Below, piece after piece: positions 1 to 7,571 of a stretch of 26,461 bases of DNA. Both the position numbers and the translations under genes were made by a program. The notes under the pieces were generated by a model. It did no database searches and had not been told where the DNA came from. It worked only from the letters and a program-made list of their open reading frames with translations. The DNA lies in the NCBI GenBank assembly GCA_003601785.1, contig PIYA01000001.1, positions 1-26,461 on the forward strand. Reading direction: 5' to 3'. The DNA is from Candidatus Bathyarchaeota archaeon (GTDB taxonomy: Archaea; Thermoproteota; Bathyarchaeia; Bathyarchaeales; Bathycorpusculaceae). The stretch's first letter is position 1; each line of letters opens with the position of its first letter.

Positions 1-122
1 TTTCACTTTTGCTTTTAATTAAGTAATTTTGCGTTTAATGAGTTTAGCCTTTAACTTTACCATCAATTCGCTATTTAAAATTACTCTAATTTGACTTTTG
101 GCAAGATTCTAATTATCTTCGT

Positions 123-1610
123 TTAAATGTGGGAATTATTATGGAAATCTCGTTTTTCATGTCTACTTCTCAACCTAACTATTATGATAACTGGGGCGAG
201 GATAATGTCAACCAGAACAGCTAGCGTTGAAAATTCAGGTATTATTGTTATTTTATGTTCTGAGTGAGTGTAGTTTATGTATATGTAAGTGTTTTCACTA
301 TCCGTCCAGTTTTCAAATTGCAATAGCTTACCATCTAAGAGAACCGTGAACTTGCCGTGCCACAAATCTTGAGTAAGATTGTTCGGCAATTTAACTATGC
401 AATAACCCTTAGAACTATCTGAACCGGAAACGTTGAAGTTTATGCTTCTTTTAGTTTCATTAAAATTGAAGTTCGAGATTGTAGAATTAGAAGTTACATT
501 TACAGAATACGTGTTGCCTTTATATGTTAGGTTGAATGGTTCTGTTTTAAATTCCTTGTAGAAAATCAGTTCTCCAGCCTCACCATTCTCCGCCCCTTCC
601 GAAAACAGAAAACAAGTCACTACGACACAGTCGTTTCCGTTTGGAGATTTTAGAAAGGTAAACGTTGGGTTGCCAAAAGAGGTAGATCCTTTATGTGTTT
701 TTATGTTAAGCAGAGTGAAATTGTTTATTAAATGGTTGTATAGAAAAACTCTCCAAGTGGAAAAATTAGTTGGTGATCGAGGTTCAAGATTTCCCTCTTG
801 TAACGTGAAATTTTTTCCAAAAATTTGCCCGTAATCTCTGTCTCCAATGTTACCTTTAACATTCCATTCTTCTCTCAACTTCACGTTGTATTCCTTTTGC
901 GGTTTAGGGTGCCATGTCCAATTCGTAGGGTTATTTAATTGAACTGTTAAAAGACCTATTCCAACCTCATCAGCATTAGCAGTAGTATTGTCATAGTGAA
1001 AGCCGATGCAAGCCTTCATCGTATTTTGTATCACCGTAATATTGTAAAAGTTTGGTGTACCTTCATGCTTCTCACTTAAGTTTCTTGGTATATTGATTGT
1101 GAAACTCGGTGGTCCACGAATGAGAGCAGATAAATTTGAATAGTAATGAAGCTTAAGGTGCGAACTCGTATTTTCCTCTTTTTCGAAAGCGATGATGTAA
1201 GCCCCGTTTGGAGCTTTGGCGATAGTTGGTTGGGAAGCGTTTTGTTCAAGCGTTCTGACAAAATTCCAATTTAGCATATCTGTTGAATTGGTTAGCCTTA
1301 CAACATTTCCTATTCCACTCTCTGGATAAAGATGGGACATATTGTAGTGATGGACACCAAGATAGGCGCGTTCTGAGATTTGTATGATTTTAATCGTATC
1401 CAATCCGTAACCTTGATTATCCGTTGCGTTATAGCGGTAACCGGTTGCTGTTGTAACATCTTCAAATAACTCTTTAACAAAGACTACAAATCCTAAGCAA
1501 TCAGACTTGCTGTTTTCTTCAGAAGCTAGACTGGTTTTAACAGAAACCGTCCATGTGAAAAGAATAATGACAACTATCAAGAATAAAAGGTAGAATACTT
1601 TTCTTTTCAA
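123..1610 (-). CDS. Secreted/cell-surface glycoprotein with C-terminal PEF-CTERM-like sorting signal; catalytic domain unassigned
   Basis: 495 aa, TTG start (in-frame stop 42 nt upstream). N-terminal basic plus hydrophobic signal (MKRKVFYLLFLIVVIILF), about 20 N-X-S/T sequons, and a C-terminus of IIPEF, a hydrophobic segment and a basic tail (RLRSRHEKR). Confidence 0.75.
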   Translation of the reverse strand: MKRKVFYLLFLIVVIILFTWTVSVKTSLASEENSKSDCLGFVVFVKELFEDVTTATGYRYNATDNQGYGLDTIKIIQISERAYLGVHHYNMSHLYPESGIGNVVRLTNSTDMLNWNFVRTLEQNASQPTIAKAPNGAYIIAFEKEENTSSHLKLHYYSNLSALIRGPPSFTINIPRNLSEKHEGTPNFYNITVIQNTMKACIGFHYDNTTANADEVGIGLLTVQLNNPTNWTWHPKPQKEYNVKLREEWNVKGNIGDRDYGQIFGKNFTLQEGNLEPRSPTNFSTWRVFLYNHLINNFTLLNIKTHKGSTSFGNPTFTFLKSPNGNDCVVVTCFLFSEGAENGEAGELIFYKEFKTEPFNLTYKGNTYSVNVTSNSTISNFNFNETKRSINFNVSGSDSSKGYCIVKLPNNLTQDLWHGKFTVLLDGKLLQFENWTDSENTYIYINYTHSEHKITIIPEFSTLAVLVDIILAPVIIIVRLRSRHEKRDFHNNSHI

Positions 1611-1675
1611 GGTTTTCCATCTTTGTATTATTTGTTTTTGTTGCTTATTTTAAGAATTCTGGTAAGCTGAACTTT

Positions 1676-1924
1676 TCACTTGAGTTTGTCGGTTGTTTGC
1701 AGTGTTCTCTCCGCTACTGAAACGCAGAATAAGAGGTCGTCGATTGTAGCTATGAACGTTGGAAGCTTCCTTCGGCATTTTATGTTTGTGACAACGCTTT
1801 TTCCTTTCTGTGTTGTTTTGACGGTTAAGCCGCTTGGTGTTTTGAAGTTGTCAGGTGAAACGGCTTCCGCGATGGCTTTTGCTCGTTTAGCATCATCATA
1901 TTCTAGTTTTATTTCAGCCTCCAA
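1676..1924 (-). CDS. pcc1: KEOPS complex subunit Pcc1
   Basis: 82 aa, TTG start. A..IAEAVSPDN and TFIATIDDLLFCVSVAE match Pcc1. It lies downstream of rps15-recJ, its known archaeal context, and overlaps the recJ 3' end by 11 nt. Confidence 0.85.
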   Translation of the reverse strand: MEAEIKLEYDDAKRAKAIAEAVSPDNFKTPSGLTVKTTQKGKSVVTNIKCRRKLPTFIATIDDLLFCVSVAERTLQTTDKLK

Positions 1925-3377
1925 CTTTCTCGCCTCTCAACTGTTTTCCAACAAGCTCGTCGTTGACGAGCTTTATGAAAGTTTCAACGTTTTCTATGGG
2001 AACCTGTGCTCCAGCAGCTATGTTGTGCCCTCCACCCTTCCCTAGACATTTCTCCGCCGCAACCTCCATGATTTCTCCCAAGTTTACACCCTTGTTTACC
2101 ACGGTGTCCGTTGTTCTCGCCGAGAACTTGGCTATCCCCTCCTCTTCCAAGCTGGCGTAGGCTATCAAAGGTTTTTCCGGATTCGGCAGGCTCATTGAGA
2201 GGATTGAGGACACCGCGCCAACTATCTTGTCTTTTATCACGTCTTCACCGCAGACAACATAGATGTTTTCCAACTCTCTAATTCTCTCAGGCTTTTCCAT
2301 AATCCATCCGAGATATTTGTTGATTGTTCTTCTGTACTCTTCCAGCACTTTTTCCGCCTCTTCAAAGGCTGAGCTTCTATCACCCATGCATATGGCGACT
2401 CCTAGACCAGGCTTGTCCATTCTACCTGTGGCGTTCAGCAAGACCGCGAATTCCCTTGCGTCTCTGAGAGGTGTCCATGGTTCTTCACGGTTTAGTATGT
2501 AAACGTGTCCTATGAGGTTTGACGCTTCGAAATGTAAACCTTTTGAAACTAAATAGTCTGCTAGGGCTGAGCATAATTTTCTCTTTTCTTCTTCTGACAG
2601 GTCTCTCAAGGCTCGCCATTTATCACCGAACTTCGGCTTTATACCTAAGCTTACCAGAAAAGCTAGGCTTTTGTCTTCTTCTCCGCTTATGCCTGGGATG
2701 AACGGGTTGGTTGTAGATGCTAATGTTCTATGTATCGGGCGGGTTTCCCTTCCGAAGAATATCAAGTCTTTCTCAACGGTTAACAAGCCAGTCGTCTTCG
2801 CGTCTTCAACTATTTTCTCGTTTAACCCTCCAAGCATCCTCTGGTCATACTTGTCCTGTAAGTCTCCGAGGGCTCCGACAACAGCTATAGGCGACAAATC
2901 AACGTTTTCTTTATCCATCGCTTTTGCCACAAAGTATGTGACGCCGGCGCCGCTGACGTCTTTCGCCCCATCTATCCCCAGCAAATGCGGATTTACATGA
3001 ACAAAGTTTGCCGCTTGTTCACCGCTTACTTGGTGGTGGTCTAAAATCACGATTTTGAAGTCTGAAAGCTTCTCCTTCAATAAGTCGATGTATCCGCTTC
3101 CCAAATCCGTGAAGACTATCAGCTGAGGTTTTTCGGAGAGAACTTCCTCGACAAGCTCGTCGTTAATCCATTGGGTTATTCTTATGCAAAATCTCGCGTC
3201 AAGTCTCCATAACGCTTTTCCCATGATTCCAGCGGCAGCGATTCCGTCAGCGTCTAAGTGAGAGAAAACGTGAATGAAGCCGTCTTCTTTAACGGTTTCT
3301 AGGATTGTCTCAGCTGCTTGTTTGGCTGAATCTAGAAACTTCTCGGTTTGGCTTTCGCTTAAAGCCATGATTACCAC
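1914..3377 (-). CDS. recJ: DHH-family phosphoesterase, archaeal RecJ/Cdc45-like (GAN-type) nuclease
   Basis: DHH motifs SHLDADG, FTDLG, ILDHHQ and GALGD, plus DHHA1 GGGH. Directly follows rps15. Alternative ATG start at 3368. Confidence 0.88.
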   Translation of the reverse strand: MVIMALSESQTEKFLDSAKQAAETILETVKEDGFIHVFSHLDADGIAAAGIMGKALWRLDARFCIRITQWINDELVEEVLSEKPQLIVFTDLGSGYIDLLKEKLSDFKIVILDHHQVSGEQAANFVHVNPHLLGIDGAKDVSGAGVTYFVAKAMDKENVDLSPIAVVGALGDLQDKYDQRMLGGLNEKIVEDAKTTGLLTVEKDLIFFGRETRPIHRTLASTTNPFIPGISGEEDKSLAFLVSLGIKPKFGDKWRALRDLSEEEKRKLCSALADYLVSKGLHFEASNLIGHVYILNREEPWTPLRDAREFAVLLNATGRMDKPGLGVAICMGDRSSAFEEAEKVLEEYRRTINKYLGWIMEKPERIRELENIYVVCGEDVIKDKIVGAVSSILSMSLPNPEKPLIAYASLEEEGIAKFSARTTDTVVNKGVNLGEIMEVAAEKCLGKGGGHNIAAGAQVPIENVETFIKLVNDELVGKQLRGEKVGG

Positions 3378-3379
3378 AA

Positions 3380-3820
3380 TTAGGTTATGATGGATTTTTT
3401 CGGTTCATACTTCCAGTTTGGAGGTAAAACGCCTTCACGTTTGTAGTATCTTGAGAGCTTGTGGATTTTTGCTTCAACTATCTGTAATGCTCTCTTGTTG
3501 TGTAAGTCTTTCCTGTTTTTCTCCAAGTGCGCTGTAAGTCTTGCAGCTTTCTTTATCAGGTTTCCCAAATCTTCTGGAATCGTCGGCGCCAGCTCCGCCT
3601 CTTTCAGTATCTGGGTTATCGATTTTCCGGTTATGGGTTTTACCAGAGGAATCGCGTATTGGTCTCTTAGGATGGTTCCTATACGGCTTGGTGGATGTCC
3701 TTCCTTTGCAAGTTTTATGACTAACGCTTCCACTTCCTCTGGTTGATACTTACACCAGCTTGGAGGGCGTTTGCTGACGGGTCTTGTTGAATGAGACTTT
3801 CCCTTTTCCTTCTTAGGCAT
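3380..3820 (-). CDS. rps15: 30S ribosomal protein S15 (S15P/S13e)
   Basis: SHSTRP..PPSW, IGTILRDQYAIP, IPEDLGNLIKKA and ALQIVEAKIHKLSRYYK..GVLP.NWKY are typical of S15P/S13e. Confidence 0.96.
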   Translation of the reverse strand: MPKKEKGKSHSTRPVSKRPPSWCKYQPEEVEALVIKLAKEGHPPSRIGTILRDQYAIPLVKPITGKSITQILKEAELAPTIPEDLGNLIKKAARLTAHLEKNRKDLHNKRALQIVEAKIHKLSRYYKREGVLPPNWKYEPKKSIIT

Positions 3821-3862
3821 TTTCCTATCACTTTGAGTTCTGTATGAGCGAGGATAGACGGA

Positions 3863-3870
3863 TATTTAAA
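3863..3870 (-). promoter_or_regulatory. Candidate TATA box for rps15-recJ-pcc1
   Basis: TTTAAATA on the minus strand in the 51-nt gap between rdgB and rps15, about 43 nt upstream of the rps15 ATG. Confidence 0.4.
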
Positions 3871-3871
3871 A

Positions 3872-4462
3872 CTATTGCTGATGTTTATACCATTCAGCGA
3901 ATTTGCGTAAAGCCTTTGCACGATGCGAATACCTGTTTTTCTCCGCTGTGGTCATCTCTGCGAACGTTTTGTCGCTGCCAACGGGTTTAAAAATCGGATC
4001 GAAACCGAAACCAGATTTGCCTTTTCCTTTACGCTCCACTTTTGTTACTTCCCCAACGGCTTCCCCCTTAAAGCATATTGGCGACTTTAATCCTTCAGCG
4101 TAATACGCTATCGCAGACTGGAATTTTGCCTCTCTGTCTTCCACATTCTCCATCAGTTTTAAGACACCTTTGTTTCCTATGGTTTTGTAAACGTAAGAAG
4201 CGTATGGTCCTGGGAAACCGTTTAAGGCTTTGATGAACAGTCCCGCGTCTTCAACTATCAGTGGTAAATGACATCTTTTGAAGGCTTCTGTAACGCTTGT
4301 TTTCGCTATTTCTTCCAGGCTTTCGCTTTGGATTTCTAAACTTTTAACTCTGAGCATACCCACGGATATTCCGTAATCAGCCAATAACACACGGGCTTCG
4401 TTGAACTTGTTAATGTTGTTGGTTGCGAAGAATATGAACTTGCCTTTCAACCGAAAACTCAT
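3872..4462 (-). CDS. rdgB: Non-canonical purine NTP pyrophosphatase (RdgB/HAM1, XTP/dITP diphosphatase)
   Basis: FATNN.NK, EDAGL.I.ALNGFPGPY, GFGFDPIF and SHRAKA motifs. Confidence 0.95.
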   Translation of the reverse strand: MSFRLKGKFIFFATNNINKFNEARVLLADYGISVGMLRVKSLEIQSESLEEIAKTSVTEAFKRCHLPLIVEDAGLFIKALNGFPGPYASYVYKTIGNKGVLKLMENVEDREAKFQSAIAYYAEGLKSPICFKGEAVGEVTKVERKGKGKSGFGFDPIFKPVGSDKTFAEMTTAEKNRYSHRAKALRKFAEWYKHQQ

Positions 4463-4866
4463 GCGGATTCACGGCTTTTGGCGCCTTTAGCCGAGGCTTC
4501 AAAATATTTTTCCCAGTCTATTTGGACAATTTCTAAAACGTTGCCGTCTGGATCTGTGAACGTTGCCTGTCTTCCACCCCAAGGCTCTTCATGTAATTCT
4601 TTAACGATTTTCACTCCCTTGTTTTTCAGCTCAGCGTAGAACCTTTCAACGTTATCCACAAGAAATTCAACCGAGGGTGACCTATGGCTCACTCTTTCTC
4701 CCTCTTTAAGCTTTGGAACCAATCCTATCTCAACTCCGCCGCATTCAAATCCTACGTAGCTTGGATATTCATACTTCTTTTCTAAACCTAACGTTTTCTC
4801 GTAGAATTCTGCGGCTTTTTCTAGGTTTGAGACGTAAAACGTGACGCACCAAACGGTTTTAATCAT
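4459..4866 (-). CDS. VOC (glyoxalase/bleomycin-resistance) family protein
   Basis: VSNLEKAAEFYEKTLGL and EPWGGRQATFTDPDGNVLEI are VOC signatures. ATGA overlap with rdgB. Confidence 0.9.
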   Translation of the reverse strand: MIKTVWCVTFYVSNLEKAAEFYEKTLGLEKKYEYPSYVGFECGGVEIGLVPKLKEGERVSHRSPSVEFLVDNVERFYAELKNKGVKIVKELHEEPWGGRQATFTDPDGNVLEIVQIDWEKYFEASAKGAKSRESA

Positions 4867-4867
4867 T

Positions 4868-5533
4868 TTATGCCTCCTCTTTTCTTTCTGCTATGTATCT
4901 TCCTCTCCTCTCTATTTCCCCAATTTTATCTAAAACCTTTTTCGTAACGTTGTCGCCTAAAACTTTAGAGTAGCCTTCAATCACAGCGTTGAAACATTCC
5001 TCAGCGAATCTAAAGTGGGTGCTTTCTAAGGCTCTTCTCATAAGGTGTAAATCAACCCCTCTCGCTTCAAGCTCGCTTGTTTTTTCACCCAGTCCAAAAT
5101 CCACAAAGAAAATTTTTCCATCCGAATCCAAAATCATGTTTGAAGTCGTCAAATCCCCGTGAATTATCCCGTGCTTATGAAGCCTCCCTATCAACTCACC
5201 TATTTTGAGGCATAATTGTCGTCTTTGACTCTCTGAAACTTCGTCTAGCAGCTGTTTCACCTGTTTTCCATCCACAAACTCCATTATTATTGTGGCTTTT
5301 TTCATGTCAACCAAAAATATTATCGGTGTCGGCACCCCGGCTTTTTTCGCTTCGTGCATAAGCCTTGGCTCGTGGGCGGTTCTGTATGTTCGAATCTGTT
5401 CATCAAGCCTTGATAGGCGATACTTTTTCGGTAAACGTTTTTTCATGATGACTTTTCTTCCATGCCACTTGGCGAGGTAAAGGCTGGCTTCAGCTCCCTT
5501 CTTGATCAAAACTGGAGTTTTCATTTCACCCAT
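4868..5533 (-). CDS. bud32: KEOPS complex kinase/ATPase Bud32
   Basis: KGAEA glycine loop, IIHGDLTTSN catalytic loop and DFGLG. Follows kae1. Alternative ATG at 5524 (ATGA overlap with the kae1 stop). Confidence 0.95.
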   Translation of the reverse strand: MGEMKTPVLIKKGAEASLYLAKWHGRKVIMKKRLPKKYRLSRLDEQIRTYRTAHEPRLMHEAKKAGVPTPIIFLVDMKKATIIMEFVDGKQVKQLLDEVSESQRRQLCLKIGELIGRLHKHGIIHGDLTTSNMILDSDGKIFFVDFGLGEKTSELEARGVDLHLMRRALESTHFRFAEECFNAVIEGYSKVLGDNVTKKVLDKIGEIERRGRYIAERKEEA

Positions 5534-6543
5534 GGAACTTCAACCCTGTCCAGTCTCCACCTCAGCTTCACAAAACTCTTCTCAATAGGTGTAACTATCC
5601 CATGCTTGTAGGCTAGCACCCCCGTCCACGCAATCATGGCTCCGTTGTCCAGTGCAAACTGTTTCGGCACAACCTGAAACTTCGCATCATGCTCTTCAGC
5701 TATCGCTTCAATCATGGATTGCAGTCTCCTGTTCGCCGCAACACCACCCGTCAGCAAGACTTCTTTCTTCTCAGTGTGTGCTAAGGCTCTCTCCGTGACC
5801 TCTGTGACCATGGAGAAGGCTGTTTCTTGAAGACTGTAACATAGGTCTTCAAGCCTGTACTCTCCCCTTTTTAAGAGGTTAACCACGGCTGTTAACAACC
5901 CGCTGAAGGACATGTCCATGCCTTTAACGGTGTAAGGTAACAGAACAAGCTTCTTTCCTTTTGAAGCGAGCTTTTCCACAACGGCTCCGAACGGCATCCC
6001 CTCTCTCTGTCTCAGTCCAGCCTCCCTTGCAAAAACGTCCAAGCAGTTTCCGAGGGCTATATCTAAAGTTTCACCGAAAATTCTGTAGCGACCGGAATCG
6101 AAGGCTGAGACAATCGTGTTTCCTCCGGAAACGTAAAGTGTTATCGGGTCCTTAACCTTGGTTGCCAACTTTCCTATTTCGATGTGGGCGACACAGTGGT
6201 TGACCCCCACAAGTGGAACATCAAGATAAGAGGCTAAGGCTCTAGCCACGGTTGCTCCTGTGCGAAGACACGGACCCAACCCTGGACCTTGAGAAAAAGC
6301 TATAACGGTTAAATCCTGCGGTTTTATTTGCGCTTTTTCAAACGCTTCTCTGATGGTTTTGTTTGCCGCAATCGCGTGATGTCTGGCTGCCTCTCGCGGG
6401 TGGATTCCCCCTTCTTCCGACATGTATGCGCTTATGATGTTTGCCAGCACTTTGCCTTTGAAAGTTACTATTCCGACGCTGAAATCGTCAGCGGTGCTCT
6501 CTATGCCCAGACAATATTTTTCCATCGTCAAGTTACTTTTCAA
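5521..6543 (-). CDS. kae1: KEOPS tRNA N6-threonylcarbamoyltransferase Kae1
   Basis: GGIHPREAARHH, FSQGPGLGPCLR, metal-binding NHCVAH, LYVSGGNT, ETLDIALGN.LD and DNGAMIA. Start is TTG 6543 or ATG 6525. Confidence 0.96.
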   Translation of the reverse strand: MKSNLTMEKYCLGIESTADDFSVGIVTFKGKVLANIISAYMSEEGGIHPREAARHHAIAANKTIREAFEKAQIKPQDLTVIAFSQGPGLGPCLRTGATVARALASYLDVPLVGVNHCVAHIEIGKLATKVKDPITLYVSGGNTIVSAFDSGRYRIFGETLDIALGNCLDVFAREAGLRQREGMPFGAVVEKLASKGKKLVLLPYTVKGMDMSFSGLLTAVVNLLKRGEYRLEDLCYSLQETAFSMVTEVTERALAHTEKKEVLLTGGVAANRRLQSMIEAIAEEHDAKFQVVPKQFALDNGAMIAWTGVLAYKHGIVTPIEKSFVKLRWRLDRVEVPWVK

Positions 6544-6977
6544 CCTTCACTTTTCAATTTCGCCTTCCTAAACTTGTCGACAAGCCACGAGCTTGACTGC
6601 ACCTTTCCACCGCCAACACCGAAAACAATTTCTATGCCAAACTTTCTGCAAGTTTCAACCTCGCTTTTCGGTAGGTTTTCTAATGTTCGGTCTCCTCCCT
6701 TAGCGAAAATGTCGGGCTTAATCCTTTCAAGGTCTTTGGCAACCGTTAAATCACAGTCTTCTCCACAGACAACAACTTCATCAACGTATTTAATCGCCTC
6801 TAAAACGGCTTTCCTATCTTCAAGCGGCATAAAACAGTAACCCTTCTTCTTAACGCAGCACTCATCCCTGTGAACATGAACAATGAGCTTGTCACCGAGT
6901 TTCTTGGCCTCCCTGAAATACTCGATGTGGCCTCTGTGTAAGGGGTCAAAAAATCCACTTACAAGAACGGTTTTCAT
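6540..6977 (-). CDS. Cytidylyltransferase-family (HxGH) nucleotidyltransferase, RfaE-C/TagD/RibL-like; substrate unknown
   Basis: SGFFDPLHRGH HxGH motif, KPDIFAKGGDR and C-terminal QSSS. ATG is preceded by GGTGA with a 4-nt spacer. Confidence 0.85.
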   Translation of the reverse strand: MKTVLVSGFFDPLHRGHIEYFREAKKLGDKLIVHVHRDECCVKKKGYCFMPLEDRKAVLEAIKYVDEVVVCGEDCDLTVAKDLERIKPDIFAKGGDRTLENLPKSEVETCRKFGIEIVFGVGGGKVQSSSWLVDKFRKAKLKSEG

Positions 6978-6986
6978 GGAATCACC

Positions 6987-7076
6987 CTATTCCTTCCTTT
7001 TAGGTTCTTGTATTCTGATGACTTTCCGTGCATAGTCTTTAGTGTTTCTCTTGCTATTGTTTTTTTCCTTAGGCAG
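6987..7076 (-). CDS. Candidate small basic protein, 29 aa, CTG start (not in ORF track)
   Basis: Hand translation gives MPKEKNNSKRNTKDYARKVIRIQEPKRKE*. GGTGA lies 4 nt upstream of the CTG, the same motif and spacing as the next gene. The TAG stop abuts the next gene's GGTGA. Confidence 0.4.
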   Translation of the reverse strand: MPKEKNNSKRNTKDYARKVIRIQEPKRKE

Positions 7077-7164
7077 TTTCTCACCGTTCTTGCTGATTTA
7101 GATGCGGGTTCTTCTCCCTTCATTTTCAACCCTTCAGCATACAACTTTTATCGGTAAACATGCA

Positions 7165-7172
7165 TATATATT
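7165..7172. promoter_or_regulatory. Candidate shared TATA element of the divergent kae1-operon / tfeB-operon promoter
   Basis: TATATATT reads as TATA-like on both strands and sits about 24 nt upstream of ATG 7192 (leaderless geometry). Confidence 0.4.
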
Positions 7173-7191
7173 AATGAAGGCTGACAGACAG

Positions 7192-7569
7192 ATGCCAAAA
7201 CACAACGATTTAGAACAGAAGGCTCTACAATTCATAGTGAACACCGGGCATGAAGGTGTTCTTCAATCGGAATTGTGGCGTAAACTTGGAGCGAGCAGTA
7301 GGGAAGGCTCTAGGATAGCCATAAAACTGGAAAACCGAGGATTGATTCGAAGAGAAAGGGAACTTTGCAACGGAAGATGGACTTATAGGCTTTACCCTAA
7401 AAGGCTTCCAGCTTCAATAAACTCTATAATAGACTGTCCATGCCTGTTGTGTCCGGACAGTTCAAGATGCAGTCCGTCGGGTTCCATATCACCGTGGAAC
7501 TGTGAAAAACTCACGAAATGGCTTCTGCAGATAGCTGAACAAGAATCCGCAACGTTAGGTGACAGTTAA
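7192..7569 (+). CDS. tfeB: Transcription factor E beta subunit (archaeal RPC34/RPC39 orthologue): winged helix plus 4Fe-4S domain
   Basis: Winged helix GVLQSELWRKLG.SSREGSRIAIKLENRGLIRRE..GRWTY followed by C-x2-C-x5-C-x10-C (CLLCPDSSRCSPSGSISPWNC..LT.WL), matching the RPC39 Fe-S motif pattern. The track start at 7102 is probably over-extended; use ATG 7174 or 7192. Confidence 0.85.
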   Translation: MPKHNDLEQKALQFIVNTGHEGVLQSELWRKLGASSREGSRIAIKLENRGLIRRERELCNGRWTYRLYPKRLPASINSIIDCPCLLCPDSSRCSPSGSISPWNCEKLTKWLLQIAEQESATLGDS

Positions 7570-7571
7570 TT

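Noticed and set aside
3821-3862. S15 autoregulatory leader (CTATC...GATAG pairing over the RBS)
   Set aside because: Only a 5-bp potential pairing. It needs covariation evidence that is not available here.
4868-6543. Frameshifted Kae1-Bud32 fusion
   Set aside because: Both ORFs are complete with their own start and stop in a normal overlap. Split genes are typical of TACK archaea.
6974-7123. Alternative 49-codon ATG ORF (MKGEEPASKSARTVRNC...) with an ATGA overlap onto the nucleotidyltransferase
   Set aside because: It competes with the 29-codon CTG ORF. It has no RBS and could only be leaderless. Not excluded, but less supported.
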